In this document: positions 1 to 11,029 of the stretch, in pieces
How positions within the stretch are numbered: position 1 is the stretch's first letter
How the letters are laid out: each line of letters opens with the position of its first letter
Assembly: GCF_014280175.1 (NCBI RefSeq)
Contig: NZ_CP047931.1
Coordinates: 1-32,000, forward strand
Origin: Synechococcus sp. A15-28
GTDB lineage: Bacteria > Cyanobacteriota > Cyanobacteriia > PCC-6307 > Cyanobiaceae
Direction of reading: 5' to 3'
Length of the DNA stretch: 32,000 bases
Notes under the pieces: generated by a model
What the model saw: only the letters and a program-made list of their open reading frames with translations
What the model was told of the DNA's origin: nothing
Database searches by the model: none
Program-made: the position numbers and the translations under genes

Positions 1-173
1 AGAGGCAGTGTTCCCCATTTCCCCAGGCCCTACGACGACGGTTTTGGTTTTACTTATTCAAAAGAACTAGAACAAAACAGCCGAATAACGGGTGGGAAAA
101 ACCAGCCATTGCGCTTCCTTCTCGGCTGTGAAACGGTGGGGCACCGACACCTAGCGATCAGGCCTGCAGCACG

Positions 174-1331
174 ATGAAGGTGGTGTGCTCCCAGTCCGAA
201 CTCAACGCCGCGCTGCAGCTCGTGAGCCGTGCTGTGGCGACACGCCCCACCCACCCGGTTCTGGCCAATGTGCTGCTCACCGCCGATGCCGGCACCGATC
301 GCCTCAGCCTGACGGGATTTGATCTCAATCTCGGCATCCAGACCTCGCTTGCGGCAAGCGTTGAGACCAGTGGAGCCATCACGCTTCCGGCACGGTTGCT
401 GGGCGAGATCGTGTCGCGACTGGCCAGTGATTCCCCACTCACGCTCACCACGGAGGAGTCTGGCGAGCAGGTTCAACTCACCAGTCTCAGCGGCAGCTAC
501 CAGATGCGGGGCATGCCTGCCGATGACTACCCGGATCTGCCGATGGTGGAAAGCGGCATGACCCTCAAGCTGCAGGCTTCAGGGTTGGTGCAGGCGCTTA
601 AGGGAACCCTGTTCGCCAGCAGCGGCGACGAAGCCAAACAGCTGTTGACCGGTGTGCATCTCAGTTTCACGGACCGAAATCTTGAAGCTGCCGCCACCGA
701 TGGTCATCGTTTGGCTGTGCTGCAGGTGGATGATGCCCTCCAGGCTGCGGCTGATGGCACGGAGGGGGATGACGCTGTCTTTGCCGTGACCCTGCCCGCA
801 CGATCCCTGCGCGAGGTGGAGCGGCTGATGGCCGGTTGGCGCTCAGAGGACCCGATCAGCCTGTTCTGTGACCGGGGTCAGGTGGTGTTTCTGGCGGCGG
901 ATCAGATGGTCACCAGCCGCACGTTGGAGGGGACGTATCCCAACTACCGCCAGCTGATTCCCGATGGATTCAGTCGCACCTTGACCATGGACCGCCGCGC
1001 CCTGGTGGGAGCTCTTGAACGCATTGCGGTTCTTGCTGATCAGCACAACAACGTCGTCAAATTCAGCAGTCAGCCTGAATCCGGAGTTGTGCTCATCAGT
1101 GCCGATGCGCAGGATGTGGGCAGTGGCTCCGAGTCTCTGGCCGCTGAGCTCAGCGGAGATGCCATTCAGATCGCCTTCAATGTGCGCTACATGCTCGATG
1201 GTTTGAAAGCCATGGCTGCAGATCGGGTGGTGCTGCACTGCAATGCACCCACTACACCAGCGGTGTTGCGTCCCGTGGAGGAAAGTGACGGTTTCACTTA
1301 CCTCGTGATGCCGGTTCAGATCCGCTCCTGA
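174..1331 (+). CDS. dnaN: DNA polymerase III subunit beta (sliding clamp)
   Basis: 385-aa ORF, MKVVCSQSELNAALQLVSRAVATRPTHPVLANVLL...; C-terminal VMPVQIRS; typical DnaN length and motifs. Confidence 0.97.
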   Translation: MKVVCSQSELNAALQLVSRAVATRPTHPVLANVLLTADAGTDRLSLTGFDLNLGIQTSLAASVETSGAITLPARLLGEIVSRLASDSPLTLTTEESGEQVQLTSLSGSYQMRGMPADDYPDLPMVESGMTLKLQASGLVQALKGTLFASSGDEAKQLLTGVHLSFTDRNLEAAATDGHRLAVLQVDDALQAAADGTEGDDAVFAVTLPARSLREVERLMAGWRSEDPISLFCDRGQVVFLAADQMVTSRTLEGTYPNYRQLIPDGFSRTLTMDRRALVGALERIAVLADQHNNVVKFSSQPESGVVLISADAQDVGSGSESLAAELSGDAIQIAFNVRYMLDGLKAMAADRVVLHCNAPTTPAVLRPVEESDGFTYLVMPVQIRS

Positions 1332-1332
1332 G

Positions 1333-2058
1333 TTGGCCCTTCCCGACCAGCTTCTGCTCAGTGATCTGCTGCAGCACACCGTGCGCTGCGATCTTGGCCT
1401 TGATCACGGCCCCGGCGTGACGGGCTGGATTCACCCTCCGGTTCATCGTCTGTTGGGGTGGGTGAGCCGTCCCTCGGCTCTGAGGATGACCCGAGAGGTG
1501 TGGCGGCTGGATCAATGCTGTGGTTTCACGGATCAGCAGGTCTATGTACGGGGCGAGCCGGCCGTCACCGATCCAGCCACCTTGGATCGACTGCCGACCC
1601 TTTTGGAGTCGGATCTGTGTGGACGCGATGGGGAGCGTCTGGGTGCGGTGGTGGATCTGGTGTTTGAGCCTTCGACCGGAGCCATCGCCCATTACCTCGT
1701 GGCCCGCAGCGATCCCCGCCTGCCCGGAAGTTCCCGATGGCGGCTGACGCCGGAGCGCGTCGTGGATCATCAACCCGGACGGGTGATCACCGCGTTGGCA
1801 GGGCTGGATGATCTGCCCCTGACCCGCGCCAGTGTGCGTCAGGATCTGCTGCGTCGCACCCAGCGTTGGCGGGAGCAACTGCGTGACATGGGCGATCGCG
1901 CTGGTGATCGACTGGAGGGTTGGCTGGACGACCCCCCATGGGACGAATCGGAGCGTTCTGATCCGCCACAAGCTCGCTCGGAGGCGGGCCCCGAAATCTG
2001 GGACGACGAAGGTTGGCGGGATGGTCGACGTCAGCGGGATGAGGATCCCTGGGTCTGA
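1333..2058 (+). CDS. Conserved cyanobacterial hypothetical protein, possible PRC-barrel-like segments
   Basis: 241-aa ORF from TTG directly after dnaN; [32 protein letters not shown] resembles a PRC-barrel motif; located between dnaN and purL. Confidence 0.7.
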   Translation: MALPDQLLLSDLLQHTVRCDLGLDHGPGVTGWIHPPVHRLLGWVSRPSALRMTREVWRLDQCCGFTDQQVYVRGEPAVTDPATLDRLPTLLESDLCGRDGERLGAVVDLVFEPSTGAIAHYLVARSDPRLPGSSRWRLTPERVVDHQPGRVITALAGLDDLPLTRASVRQDLLRRTQRWREQLRDMGDRAGDRLEGWLDDPPWDESERSDPPQARSEAGPEIWDDEGWRDGRRQRDEDPWV

Positions 2059-2102
2059 TCCCGCCGTCGGCAACACTGGGAACAGCTGCTGGTCAGTCCC
2101 GC

Positions 2103-4409
2103 GTGTCCTCCCCTGCCTACGACGACAGTGCGGCTCTGAAACAGGAAGGTCTGAAACCGTCGGATTGGCAGGAGATCTGTCGACGGCTTGGACGGGAGCC
2201 CAACCGTGCTGAGTTGGGGATGTTCGGAGTGATGTGGTCCGAACACTGCTGCTACCGCAATTCCAGGCCATTGCTGCGTGGGTTTCCAACGGAAGGCCCG
2301 CGGATTCTGGTGGGGCCGGGTGAGAACGCCGGTGTGGTCGATCTGGGGGATGGCCATCGCTTGGCTTTCAAGATTGAGAGCCACAACCACCCATCGGCGG
2401 TGGAGCCCTTTCAAGGGGCTGCCACCGGGGTCGGCGGGATTCTGCGGGACATCTTCACCATGGGAGCCCGCCCGATCGCGCTGCTGAACGCGTTGCGCTT
2501 CGGTCCGCTGGAGGATCCAGTCAACGTCGGGCTGATCGAGGGGGTTGTGGCCGGCATCGCCCATTACGGCAATTGCGTTGGCGTACCCACCGTCGGCGGG
2601 GAAGTGGCCTTTGATCCGTCCTACGGCGGCAATCCCCTGGTGAATGCCATGGCGCTGGGTCTGATGGAGACCGAGGAGATCGTCAAGTCCGGCGCCCAGG
2701 GGGTGGGTAATCCTGTGGTTTACGTGGGCAGCACCACGGGTCGGGATGGCATGGGCGGCGCCAGTTTCGCCAGTGCCGAACTCAGTGCCGACTCCCTGGA
2801 CGACCGTCCTGCGGTTCAGGTGGGCGATCCGTTTCTGGAGAAGGGGTTGATCGAGGCCTGTCTGGAGGCCTTCGCCAGTGGTGATGTGGTGGCGGCCCAG
2901 GACATGGGGGCTGCCGGACTCACCTGCAGTTGTTCGGAAATGGCGGCCAAAGGTGGCCTGGGGGTTGAACTCGACCTCGATCGCGTCCCGGCCCGCGAAG
3001 ACGGCATGACGGCCTACGAATTTCTGCTCTCGGAGTCCCAGGAGCGGATGTTGTTTGTGGTGAAGGCCGGTCGCGAGGAGGCGCTGATGCAGCGCTTCCG
3101 ACGCTGGGGTCTGCAGGCAGCCGTGGTGGGTCAGGTGCTGGAGGAACCGGTGGTGCGTGTGCTCCACCACGGCGAGGTGGCTGCTGAGGTGCCGGCCACC
3201 GCCCTGGCGGATGACACGCCGATTGAGCAGCACGCCCTGTTGCAGGAGCCCCCGGCGGATCTGCAGCAGCTCTGGCTATGGCAGGAGGGTCAGTTGCCTC
3301 CCTTAGAGGACCCATCGGCCGTGCTGTTGAAGCTGCTGGATGATCCAACCATCGCCAGCAAGCGCTGGGTGCATCGTCAGTACGACCAGCAGGTTCTCGC
3401 CAACACGGTGGTGTCCTCCGGCGCAGCAGATGCGGCTGTGGTGCGTTTGCGACCACAGCAGGGTCAGGGATCCATGGCAACCGTGCAGCGGGGGGTGGCT
3501 GCCACGGTGGATTGTCCGAATCGTTGGGTGGCTCTGGATCCCGAGCGTGGCGCTCAGGCCGCCGTGGCGGAAGCGGCCCGCAACCTGAGTTGCGTTGGTG
3601 CGGAACCGCTGGCGATCACCGACAACCTCAACTTCCCTTCACCCGAAACGCCCAAGGGCTACTGGCAGTTGGCCATGGCTTGTCGCGGGATTGCGGATGC
3701 CTGCCGTGCTCTGGACACACCCGTCACCGGTGGCAATGTCTCCCTCTACAACGAGACCCGTCGGGATGACGGCACGCTTCAACCGATCCATCCGACTCCA
3801 GTGATCGGCATGGTCGGTTTGGTGGAGGACATCGACCGGGTGGTCGGACTGGCTTGGCGTCAACCCGGTGATGCTGTGCTGTTGATGGGTGTTGCACCGG
3901 ATGAACAGGGGGATGACCGCCTTGGTCTTGCTGGCAGCAGCTATCAAATGCTGGTCAGTGGGGCGCTGGCAGGTCGTCCACCGCGGGTGGACTTTGATCT
4001 CGAACGCGGTGTACAGACGTTGTTGCGCCGGGCCATTGCTGCTGGGCTCCTGGCCTCCGCCCATGACAGCAGTGATGGCGGTCTCGCCATAGCCCTGGCG
4101 GAAAGCAGCATTGCGTCTGGTCTAAGCGTCGATCTGCGGTTTGACCTGCCGAGCGAAGGTCTGGCTCGGGCCCTGTTCGCCGAAGGTGGTGCGCGGGTGG
4201 CGATCTCCGTGAAGGCTGAGTGCCGGCAGCAGTGGGATCAGATGGCGGCTGAATCGATGGTCCCCATCACCGAACTCGGTGTGGTCACGGATGGTTCTGA
4301 ATTCCGGATCCAGTGCGGTGACAGGGATGTTCAGCTGTCTGTGGCTGATCTGAAGCGGGCCCATCAGGAGGGCTTGACGCGTCGGATCGGGGGTGAGGCA
4401 GAATCCTGA
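2103..4409 (+). CDS. purL: Phosphoribosylformylglycinamidine synthase subunit PurL
   Basis: 768-aa ORF, GTG start; [55 protein letters not shown]. Confidence 0.97.
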   Translation: MSSPAYDDSAALKQEGLKPSDWQEICRRLGREPNRAELGMFGVMWSEHCCYRNSRPLLRGFPTEGPRILVGPGENAGVVDLGDGHRLAFKIESHNHPSAVEPFQGAATGVGGILRDIFTMGARPIALLNALRFGPLEDPVNVGLIEGVVAGIAHYGNCVGVPTVGGEVAFDPSYGGNPLVNAMALGLMETEEIVKSGAQGVGNPVVYVGSTTGRDGMGGASFASAELSADSLDDRPAVQVGDPFLEKGLIEACLEAFASGDVVAAQDMGAAGLTCSCSEMAAKGGLGVELDLDRVPAREDGMTAYEFLLSESQERMLFVVKAGREEALMQRFRRWGLQAAVVGQVLEEPVVRVLHHGEVAAEVPATALADDTPIEQHALLQEPPADLQQLWLWQEGQLPPLEDPSAVLLKLLDDPTIASKRWVHRQYDQQVLANTVVSSGAADAAVVRLRPQQGQGSMATVQRGVAATVDCPNRWVALDPERGAQAAVAEAARNLSCVGAEPLAITDNLNFPSPETPKGYWQLAMACRGIADACRALDTPVTGGNVSLYNETRRDDGTLQPIHPTPVIGMVGLVEDIDRVVGLAWRQPGDAVLLMGVAPDEQGDDRLGLAGSSYQMLVSGALAGRPPRVDFDLERGVQTLLRRAIAAGLLASAHDSSDGGLAIALAESSIASGLSVDLRFDLPSEGLARALFAEGGARVAISVKAECRQQWDQMAAESMVPITELGVVTDGSEFRIQCGDRDVQLSVADLKRAHQEGLTRRIGGEAES

Positions 4410-5898
4410 AGGAAGTCTGAAGTCGAGGCGCTCAGTGCACGTGCTGGAGGCGGAGCGTCCCGATCGGATGGAAGAGGCCTGCGGCGTCTTCGCCGTTCTG
4501 GCCGGAGAACAACCGGTGGCGAACCTGGCCTATTTCGGTCTGTATGCCCTGCAGCACCGAGGCCAGGAATCGGCTGGCATTGCGGTGTTCAACCAGGGCA
4601 AGGTGCGCCTCCACAAGGACATGGGGCTCGTCAGTCAGGTGTTTGACCAGGACGTGCTGGCCCGCATGCCGGGAGACCTGGCCATCGGGCATAACCGTTA
4701 CTCCACCACCGGCAGCAGTCGGGTGTGCAACGCCCAGCCCGTGGTGTTGATGACCCGTCTGGGTGCCTTTGCTCTCGCCCACAACGGCAATCTGGTGAAT
4801 GCCCGCGAGTTGCGGGAGCTGGTGGATGACGGACAGGCCGAGTTCACCTCGACGACGGATTCGGAACTGATCGCCTTTGCTGTGCAGCAGGCGGTGGACC
4901 GTGGTCTCGACTGGACAGCCGCCATTGAGGCCGCACTCAAGCTCTGTCGTGGTGCGTTCAGCCTTGTGATCGGAACGCCGGATGGCCTGTTCGCCGTGCG
5001 GGACGGTCATGGCATCCGCCCCTTGGTGTTTGGCACCTTGGGGGATTCAGCCTCCGGTCACTGGGTGGTGAGCAGTGAGACCTGTGGATTGGAGATCATC
5101 GGTGCCCGGTATGTGGACGATGTTCAGCCCGGTGAGTTGGTGCGCTTTGCGCTCGGTTCGTCCGAGCCTCAGCGTCGGCGCTGGAGTGAGGAACCGAATC
5201 GCCTGTGCGTGTTCGAAATGATCTATTTCGCCAGGCCGGACAGTCAGTTCTTCGGTGAATCTCTGTACAGCTACCGCCAGCGCATCGGTCGCACCCTTGC
5301 CCGTGAATCCTGTGTGGATGCTGATCTGGTGATTGGTGTCCCCGATTCAGGCATCCCTGCAGCCATCGGTTTCTCTCAGGAAAGCGGCATTCCCTACGGC
5401 GACGGGCTGATCAAGAACCGTTATGTCGGCCGTACTTTCATTCAGCCCACCCAGGCGATGCGGGAAGCGGGAATCCGGGTGAAATTGAACCCCCTGCCGG
5501 ATGTTCTTGCCGGCAAGCGATTGATCGTCATTGACGATTCGATCGTTCGTGGCACCACCAGTCGCAAATTGGTTGTGGCCCTGCGGGATGCCGGCGCTAC
5601 CGAGGTGCACATGCGGATTAGTTCACCGCCGGTCACCCATCCCTGCTTCTACGGGATCGACACCGACACCCAGGATCAACTGATTGCGGCACAGATGACC
5701 CTGGAACAGATCAAGGATCACCTCAAGGTGGAATCCCTTGCCTATCTGAGCAAGGAGGGAATGCTCGAGGCGGCGAAGGCTGAATCAGGTCATTTCTGCA
5801 GCGCCTGTTTCGACGGTCAGTACCCCATCCCCATGGACGAGAAGCTGTTGTCCAGCAAGTTGATGATGGAGCCAGCGGGGATTGCCGCCAGATCTTGA
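4393..5898 (+). CDS. purF: Amidophosphoribosyltransferase PurF
   Basis: [54 protein letters not shown]; ORF opens at GTG 4393 overlapping purL; alternative starts GTG 4435, GTG 4441, ATG 4468 lie before the catalytic Cys. Confidence 0.96.
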   Translation: MRQNPEGSLKSRRSVHVLEAERPDRMEEACGVFAVLAGEQPVANLAYFGLYALQHRGQESAGIAVFNQGKVRLHKDMGLVSQVFDQDVLARMPGDLAIGHNRYSTTGSSRVCNAQPVVLMTRLGAFALAHNGNLVNARELRELVDDGQAEFTSTTDSELIAFAVQQAVDRGLDWTAAIEAALKLCRGAFSLVIGTPDGLFAVRDGHGIRPLVFGTLGDSASGHWVVSSETCGLEIIGARYVDDVQPGELVRFALGSSEPQRRRWSEEPNRLCVFEMIYFARPDSQFFGESLYSYRQRIGRTLARESCVDADLVIGVPDSGIPAAIGFSQESGIPYGDGLIKNRYVGRTFIQPTQAMREAGIRVKLNPLPDVLAGKRLIVIDDSIVRGTTSRKLVVALRDAGATEVHMRISSPPVTHPCFYGIDTDTQDQLIAAQMTLEQIKDHLKVESLAYLSKEGMLEAAKAESGHFCSACFDGQYPIPMDEKLLSSKLMMEPAGIAARS

Positions 5899-8373
5899 TC
5901 AGAGGGTCTGCAGGGCGACCATGGAAACAATCTGTTCGTTGCTGTCCAGAGTCAGTTGATCGCCCCAGGCCTTCCCCGCAGCAGCAAGCTCCACTGCGGC
6001 GGCGTCCAGCCGTCCATGACGCTTCTGATCGGTCACAATCCCAGCCAGCACATCTCCTGAACAGAGTCCGACAACGGAATCTTCATCTGAACTGAGGTGC
6101 ACCGCCATCATCCCCAGATCTCCGCGTTGACAACGCCGCAGCGGGGTCAGGTCGATTCGCGTCATCTGACCGTGACGGCTCACCAGCAGCAGGGTGGGAT
6201 CCGTCTCGGCAACGTTCATGGCCAGGCTGCCCACCAGTTCTTCCCCTGGAAGGAGACGCATAGTCATCGGCCCCTGGGCCAGACGTCCCATTTTGGGCAG
6301 CACGGAATCATTCACCGGCAGCCTCAGCAGACGACCCATGCTGCTGACCAGCACCAGGTCGCTGTGTTCACGGCAGATCACCGCAGAGCAAAGGCGCACG
6401 CCTTCCTTCAGCTTCACCATGCTCGTGGCTCGGCCGGAAAGATCCAGAACTTCCGTCAGGGGAAGCCGCTTGAAGCGTCCATCACTGCTGAGCAGGCCCA
6501 GGCTGAGCTCTTTGCCATCCCCCGTTGGGAGTTGTGTGATGGCGATCAGGGGATCACCATCAAGTCCACTTGGCAGAAACTTCTCCAGGGATCCAGGTTG
6601 TTGTCCGGCGAATTCCCAACGGATCAAAGCGACTCGACCACTGGCGCTCACCCCGAGAAGCCGCGGTGAGGGTTCGATCGGAAGGATGAGCTGTGCCGGT
6701 GAAGGATGGTCACCCACGGGACAGGCTTCAGACAGGTGCATGCGGCCCAGCACCTGGGGGCTGACCAGTTTCACCTGGCCATCGGCCTGGATCAGCAGGC
6801 GTGCATCGGCGGGCAGAGCCGCCAGGGCCTGCTGACGCAGCAGCTCGGTGTTGGGTCGCTGGCTGGCGGCCCGCTCCGCAATCAGGGCATCTCCGCCTTC
6901 CACCAGGCGTGTCCGACGCGGTGTGCTGAAGCGTTTTTTCAACGTCTTCAGTTCATCGACCATGGCATCGAGCAACTGATCGCGGTTGTCGAGCAACAGG
7001 CGTAACCGCTCCCGTTCCGCCCGTAACTCCTCCAGTTCCTGGCGCAGGCTCTCCTGTTCGAGACCCGTCAATCTGCGCAGTGGCATCGCCAGAACGGCAT
7101 CGGCCTGACGTTCACTCAGGTCGAGGCGCACCATCAGGCTGGCTCGGGCTGAGGCGGCATCCCGGGCCTCCTGAATCATCGTGATCACCGCTTGAAGGTT
7201 GTTCAGCGCGTTGATCAAGCCGTCGACCACCTCAAGTCGATCCTCTGTTTTGCGCAGGGCGTAGCTGGTGCGCCGGATCAGGGTCAGTTCCCTGTAATCC
7301 AGGAACGTCTGCAACAACTGACGCAACGAGAGCTGGCGTGGCTGACCATCCACAAGGGCCAGCAGGATGGCTCCGAAGTTGCTCTGCAGCGCTGTGCGTC
7401 GTTGCAGGTCCGCCAGCACCTTGGTCGGGTCCGCATCGCGGCGAAGCTCCACCACCACGCGCATGCCATCGCGGTCGCTCTCATCACGGATGTCGGCAAT
7501 GCCGCCGATCTTTCCGTCGTTCACCGATTCCGCCAGTTTTTCGATCCAGCCGGCTTTGCTCAGCTGATACGGAAGTTCCGTCACCACGACGGCGTTGCGT
7601 TTGTGACGCCCTTTCCCGGGTTGTACCTCTTCGATGTGGGCAACCCCCCGCATGGGGATGCTGCCGCGTCCGGCCAGGTAGGTGTCCTGTAAGCCACTGC
7701 TGAGCAGTACCTCTCCACCGGTCGGAAAATCGGGTCCCGGAATCAGGGCCAGCAGTTTGTTGTCGCCCAGTTCCGGCTGGCGAATCAAGGCCACCAGGCC
7801 GTCCACCACTTCACCGAGATTGTGAGGGGGAATGCTGGTGGCCATGCCCACGGCGATGCCCGAACAACCGTTGAGCAACAGGAAGGGCAGTTGCGCCGGC
7901 AGCACGGTGGGTTCCTGCTGGGACCCATCGAAATTCGGTGCGAAATCAACGGTGTCGTCGCCGATCTCCTCCAGCAGGGCCTGGTGGGCGATGGGAGCTA
8001 ACCGTGTTTCGGTGTATCGCATGGCGGCCGGCGGATCATCGTCCACCGATCCGAAGTTGCCATGGCCATCCAGCAGTGGGTGGCGACTGGCAAAGGTTTG
8101 AACAAGCCGGACCAAGGCGTCGTAAACCGCTTGATCGCCATGGGGGTGGTATTTGCCGAGGACGTCACCGACGACGCGGGCGCACTTCCGATAGGGGCGG
8201 TCCGGGGTGAGCCCCAGTTCCTGCATGGCATAGAGAATCCGGCGCTGAACCGGTTTCAGGCCGTCGCGGGCATCGGGCAGTGCCCGGCCCACGATCACGC
8301 TCATGGCGTATTCGAGGTAGGAGCGCTGCATCTCCTGATGCAGAGCAATCGATTCAACGCGCTCCTCAGCCAT
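5899..8373 (-). CDS. Type IIA topoisomerase subunit A (GyrA/ParC family)
   Basis: 824-aa ORF; [57 protein letters not shown] containing the active-site Tyr; GyrA versus ParC-like paralogue not resolved from sequence alone. Confidence 0.93.
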   Translation of the reverse strand: MAEERVESIALHQEMQRSYLEYAMSVIVGRALPDARDGLKPVQRRILYAMQELGLTPDRPYRKCARVVGDVLGKYHPHGDQAVYDALVRLVQTFASRHPLLDGHGNFGSVDDDPPAAMRYTETRLAPIAHQALLEEIGDDTVDFAPNFDGSQQEPTVLPAQLPFLLLNGCSGIAVGMATSIPPHNLGEVVDGLVALIRQPELGDNKLLALIPGPDFPTGGEVLLSSGLQDTYLAGRGSIPMRGVAHIEEVQPGKGRHKRNAVVVTELPYQLSKAGWIEKLAESVNDGKIGGIADIRDESDRDGMRVVVELRRDADPTKVLADLQRRTALQSNFGAILLALVDGQPRQLSLRQLLQTFLDYRELTLIRRTSYALRKTEDRLEVVDGLINALNNLQAVITMIQEARDAASARASLMVRLDLSERQADAVLAMPLRRLTGLEQESLRQELEELRAERERLRLLLDNRDQLLDAMVDELKTLKKRFSTPRRTRLVEGGDALIAERAASQRPNTELLRQQALAALPADARLLIQADGQVKLVSPQVLGRMHLSEACPVGDHPSPAQLILPIEPSPRLLGVSASGRVALIRWEFAGQQPGSLEKFLPSGLDGDPLIAITQLPTGDGKELSLGLLSSDGRFKRLPLTEVLDLSGRATSMVKLKEGVRLCSAVICREHSDLVLVSSMGRLLRLPVNDSVLPKMGRLAQGPMTMRLLPGEELVGSLAMNVAETDPTLLLVSRHGQMTRIDLTPLRRCQRGDLGMMAVHLSSDEDSVVGLCSGDVLAGIVTDQKRHGRLDAAAVELAAAGKAWGDQLTLDSNEQIVSMVALQTL

Positions 8374-8418
8374 GTCGTCCGCTTGTTCCGACGCGGAAGG
8401 CGCTCAGCCTACAGATGT

Positions 8419-9324
8419 TCACCGGCGTTGTTTCCAGGTGGCATTGGCCTGGGCTCGCTCCACGCTGCTGGCCATGTCTGGTGAGGCCAACAGACGCGCT
8501 GCTGCTTGGCGAATTTTCCCTCCCCAAAGCTGTTCCACCTGATGGGGCGGCAGAACGTAATTGGGTTCCTTGGCTAAGGCCTCACGAGCCAGATTGAACG
8601 CATCGTCGGAATCGTCTCCACGCTGGTGAAGGGCTGCCGCGAGAGCCAGCAGCGGTTCTGCATTTTTTTCGATTCGGAGCACAGCGCGCCAGCGCTGGAT
8701 CGCTTCATCGGTGTTTCCCATTTCATAGAGCACAAGGGCCTGATTGTTGAGGGCTTCCCAAAAATCCGGCTTCAGGCCCGTGGCTTGTTCAAAGGAACCA
8801 AGGGCATTGGAGAGATCGTCCAGCATGATCCAGGCATTGCCCAGATCGAAGTATCCAGCAGGGTTTTTGGGGTCGAGTTCCAGTCCGCGTTGAATCAGTG
8901 GAATGGCTTCCTCAGGTTGCTCATCTCGCAGAGCGAGAGCACCTTGCGCAAACCAGAGACCGGCTTTGTCTGGATTGAGCTCTTTGGCACGGGCCAGGGA
9001 CTGGCCGGCTTGCTCAAGGTCGTCGCTGCGCAGTTGTGCCTCTGCCAGGACGGACCACAGCCGTTCGTCCTGAGGATCCAATCGAACCGCCAGGGCTGCC
9101 AGCTTTGCCGCTTCTTGCGGTTGACCCATCTGAAGCAGCTGGGCCGCCGTACGTCCGATCCCAATGGCCGATCCCTTCAATTCTTCTGAACTGGGGACGT
9201 AGACGTAGGGAACAACGGCTTTCGCAGCCGGCGCGCCTGCGATGGCTGCGACGCTGAGCAACGCAGCCAGGAAGCACTCACGAATCCTGTTGTTCGGCAC
9301 GCCGTTGCGTTCAGGAATTCTCAA
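8419..9324 (-). CDS. TPR-repeat protein with N-terminal signal/anchor segment
   Basis: 301-aa ORF (TTG start); ECFLAALLSVAAIAGAPAAKA hydrophobic leader, then repeated TPR-like units (AAKLAALAVRLDPQDERLW, EEAIPLIQRGLELDPKNPAGYFDLG). Confidence 0.85.
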   Translation of the reverse strand: MRIPERNGVPNNRIRECFLAALLSVAAIAGAPAAKAVVPYVYVPSSEELKGSAIGIGRTAAQLLQMGQPQEAAKLAALAVRLDPQDERLWSVLAEAQLRSDDLEQAGQSLARAKELNPDKAGLWFAQGALALRDEQPEEAIPLIQRGLELDPKNPAGYFDLGNAWIMLDDLSNALGSFEQATGLKPDFWEALNNQALVLYEMGNTDEAIQRWRAVLRIEKNAEPLLALAAALHQRGDDSDDAFNLAREALAKEPNYVLPPHQVEQLWGGKIRQAAARLLASPDMASSVERAQANATWKQRR

Positions 9325-10286
9325 AGGCTAGAGGGAGGATTCGGTTGTGCTGCCGCAGCATTGCGTCGCCACATCCAGGGTTTGATCCGGCGCAGAGCCG
9401 ACCCCTGCAGGTTGGCGTTCCAGGTTGATAAGTCCCAGCTGTCCACATCCCTTTTGTGCAGATCGAGAAGCCAGGGGCGTGGTTGCAGCTCCGGGTCGTC
9501 ACTGCTCGGCAGCCGTTGGTGGTTCCAAGGGCAGACCTCCTGGCAGATGTCGCAGCCGGCGACCCAGGGGCCGAGGGCATCGGCGATCTCCTCTGGAAGC
9601 TTTTCATCGCGATTTTCGATGGTGTGATACGCGATACATCGGCGTGAATCGACGACGAATGGTTCTGTGATGGCGTCCGTCGGGCAGGCCTCCATGCAGG
9701 CCCTGCAGCGACCGCAAAGACTTCGTGCCGGTTCATCGGCTTCAAGATCCAGGGTGGTGAGCAGATGGCCGATCACCATCCACGATCCCCGTTGGCTGTT
9801 GATCAGATTGCTGTGTTTCCCGATCCAGCCCAGACCGGCTTCCTCCGCCCAGGCTTTGTCCAGCAAAGGCGCGGAATCCACGCAAGCTCTCCATTCGCAG
9901 TCCGGACGCTGGTTGGACAACCAACGCCCCACGCGGCGGAGCCGCTGGTCCACAACCCGGTGGTAATCCCGTCCCCATCCGTAGCGAGCAACCCGGAGTG
10001 CCCCCGGCGTCGCTTGGGTGTCCACGTGGTAATTGAGCCCCACGGCCAGAAGGCTCCTGGTGCCGCTCAACAAGCTGGTGGGGTCCTTTCTGCGGGGCGC
10101 GGCCATCCAGCCCATGTCCGCCTGATGACCGGCCTCCAGCCAACGCTGCAAGGCAGCTGTTCGGAGCTGAAGCCTTGCTCCCCCTGGAACTTTCGCGATT
10201 CCGACCGGTGAAAATCCCTCGGCTTGAGCCCGTTGCTTCAGCGCTTCACTGAGCTGCTGATCGGAAATGGTTGGCAGCTTTGGCAT
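9321..10286 (-). CDS. queG: Epoxyqueuosine reductase QueG
   Basis: ORF opens at 10310, likely start ATG 10286 (MPKLPTISDQQLSEALKQRAQAEGF); two 4Fe-4S motifs CGRCRACMEACPTDAI and CDICQEVCPWN. Confidence 0.92.
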   Translation of the reverse strand: MPKLPTISDQQLSEALKQRAQAEGFSPVGIAKVPGGARLQLRTAALQRWLEAGHQADMGWMAAPRRKDPTSLLSGTRSLLAVGLNYHVDTQATPGALRVARYGWGRDYHRVVDQRLRRVGRWLSNQRPDCEWRACVDSAPLLDKAWAEEAGLGWIGKHSNLINSQRGSWMVIGHLLTTLDLEADEPARSLCGRCRACMEACPTDAITEPFVVDSRRCIAYHTIENRDEKLPEEIADALGPWVAGCDICQEVCPWNHQRLPSSDDPELQPRPWLLDLHKRDVDSWDLSTWNANLQGSALRRIKPWMWRRNAAAAQPNPPSSL

Positions 10287-10320
10287 CGACCCTAGGATCG
10301 ACTGATACAAGCATTCTCAC

Positions 10321-10980
10321 GTGGCTTCAACGGAAACAGGAGCAACGGATAGCCGTCTGGCGCCGCTGCTGCGCTGGCTCGGCCTCACCATGGTCGTGAT
10401 TCTGTTGCTGCAGTTAGCCGCCGTCCTTGTGGGGATCGACTGGTCGGATGACAGCACGCGGCCCCAGGTGACCGGTCCGCTGGTGGCCCTGGCTCCGTTG
10501 GGATTTCTTGGGCTTCTGGTGGCCTTGTTGGGTTCACGCTTGGAGATCCCCCATCGTCGCCACACGCCTCTGCGGTGGGTGATCTGCTGTCTTTCCAGTC
10601 TTCTTGCGCTGGGGATGCTGGTGGCGATTCCGTTTTCCCTGGATGGAGAATCCGCTGACCCAGCCCAGGCTCAGAACCTCGAGCAGGGCCGTCAGGCCCT
10701 CGTCGAAGCCAGGCAGTTCCGTGAGGATGATCAACGGGTCAAGGCCGTTGGTGAACAACTGGCGCAGGCAGGTCAGCTGGCGGCTGACGCCAGTGATGAA
10801 GACAAGGTCAAAGCTGCTGAAACGTTGATCGATGAGCAGATCGCGCAGATGGATCAGCAGCTCAAGAAAGTTGAGGGTCAACAGAGGCGCCTGAGCCAGC
10901 AACGGTTGATCGGCGGCACGGCCAGTGCCGTGGTTCTGGCCGTGACCTTTGTTTTGATGGCGCTCACGGCGGTGCTCTGA
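10321..10980 (+). CDS. Membrane protein, HpsJ-like family (tentative)
   Basis: 219-aa ORF, GTG start; N-terminal hydrophobic helices, coiled-coil-like Gln/Lys region, C-terminal helix; family name is from memory of cyanobacterial annotation. Confidence 0.55.
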   Translation: MASTETGATDSRLAPLLRWLGLTMVVILLLQLAAVLVGIDWSDDSTRPQVTGPLVALAPLGFLGLLVALLGSRLEIPHRRHTPLRWVICCLSSLLALGMLVAIPFSLDGESADPAQAQNLEQGRQALVEARQFREDDQRVKAVGEQLAQAGQLAADASDEDKVKAAETLIDEQIAQMDQQLKKVEGQQRRLSQQRLIGGTASAVVLAVTFVLMALTAVL

Positions 10981-11029
10981 TCGCTGGTTAGGTTGGTCTG
11001 ACTCAATCGATCCCAGGCGCAGAGGCTCC

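Noticed and set aside
1892-1899. HIP1-like octamer GCGATCGC (also seen at 12156-12163 and 29416-29423)
   Set aside because: Only a few copies noticed in 32 kb, near what base composition alone would give; no evidence of HIP1-style enrichment.
2031-3233. 400-aa minus-strand ORF opposite purL
   Set aside because: High-GC shadow ORF lacking recognisable domain motifs; purL on the plus strand accounts for the region.
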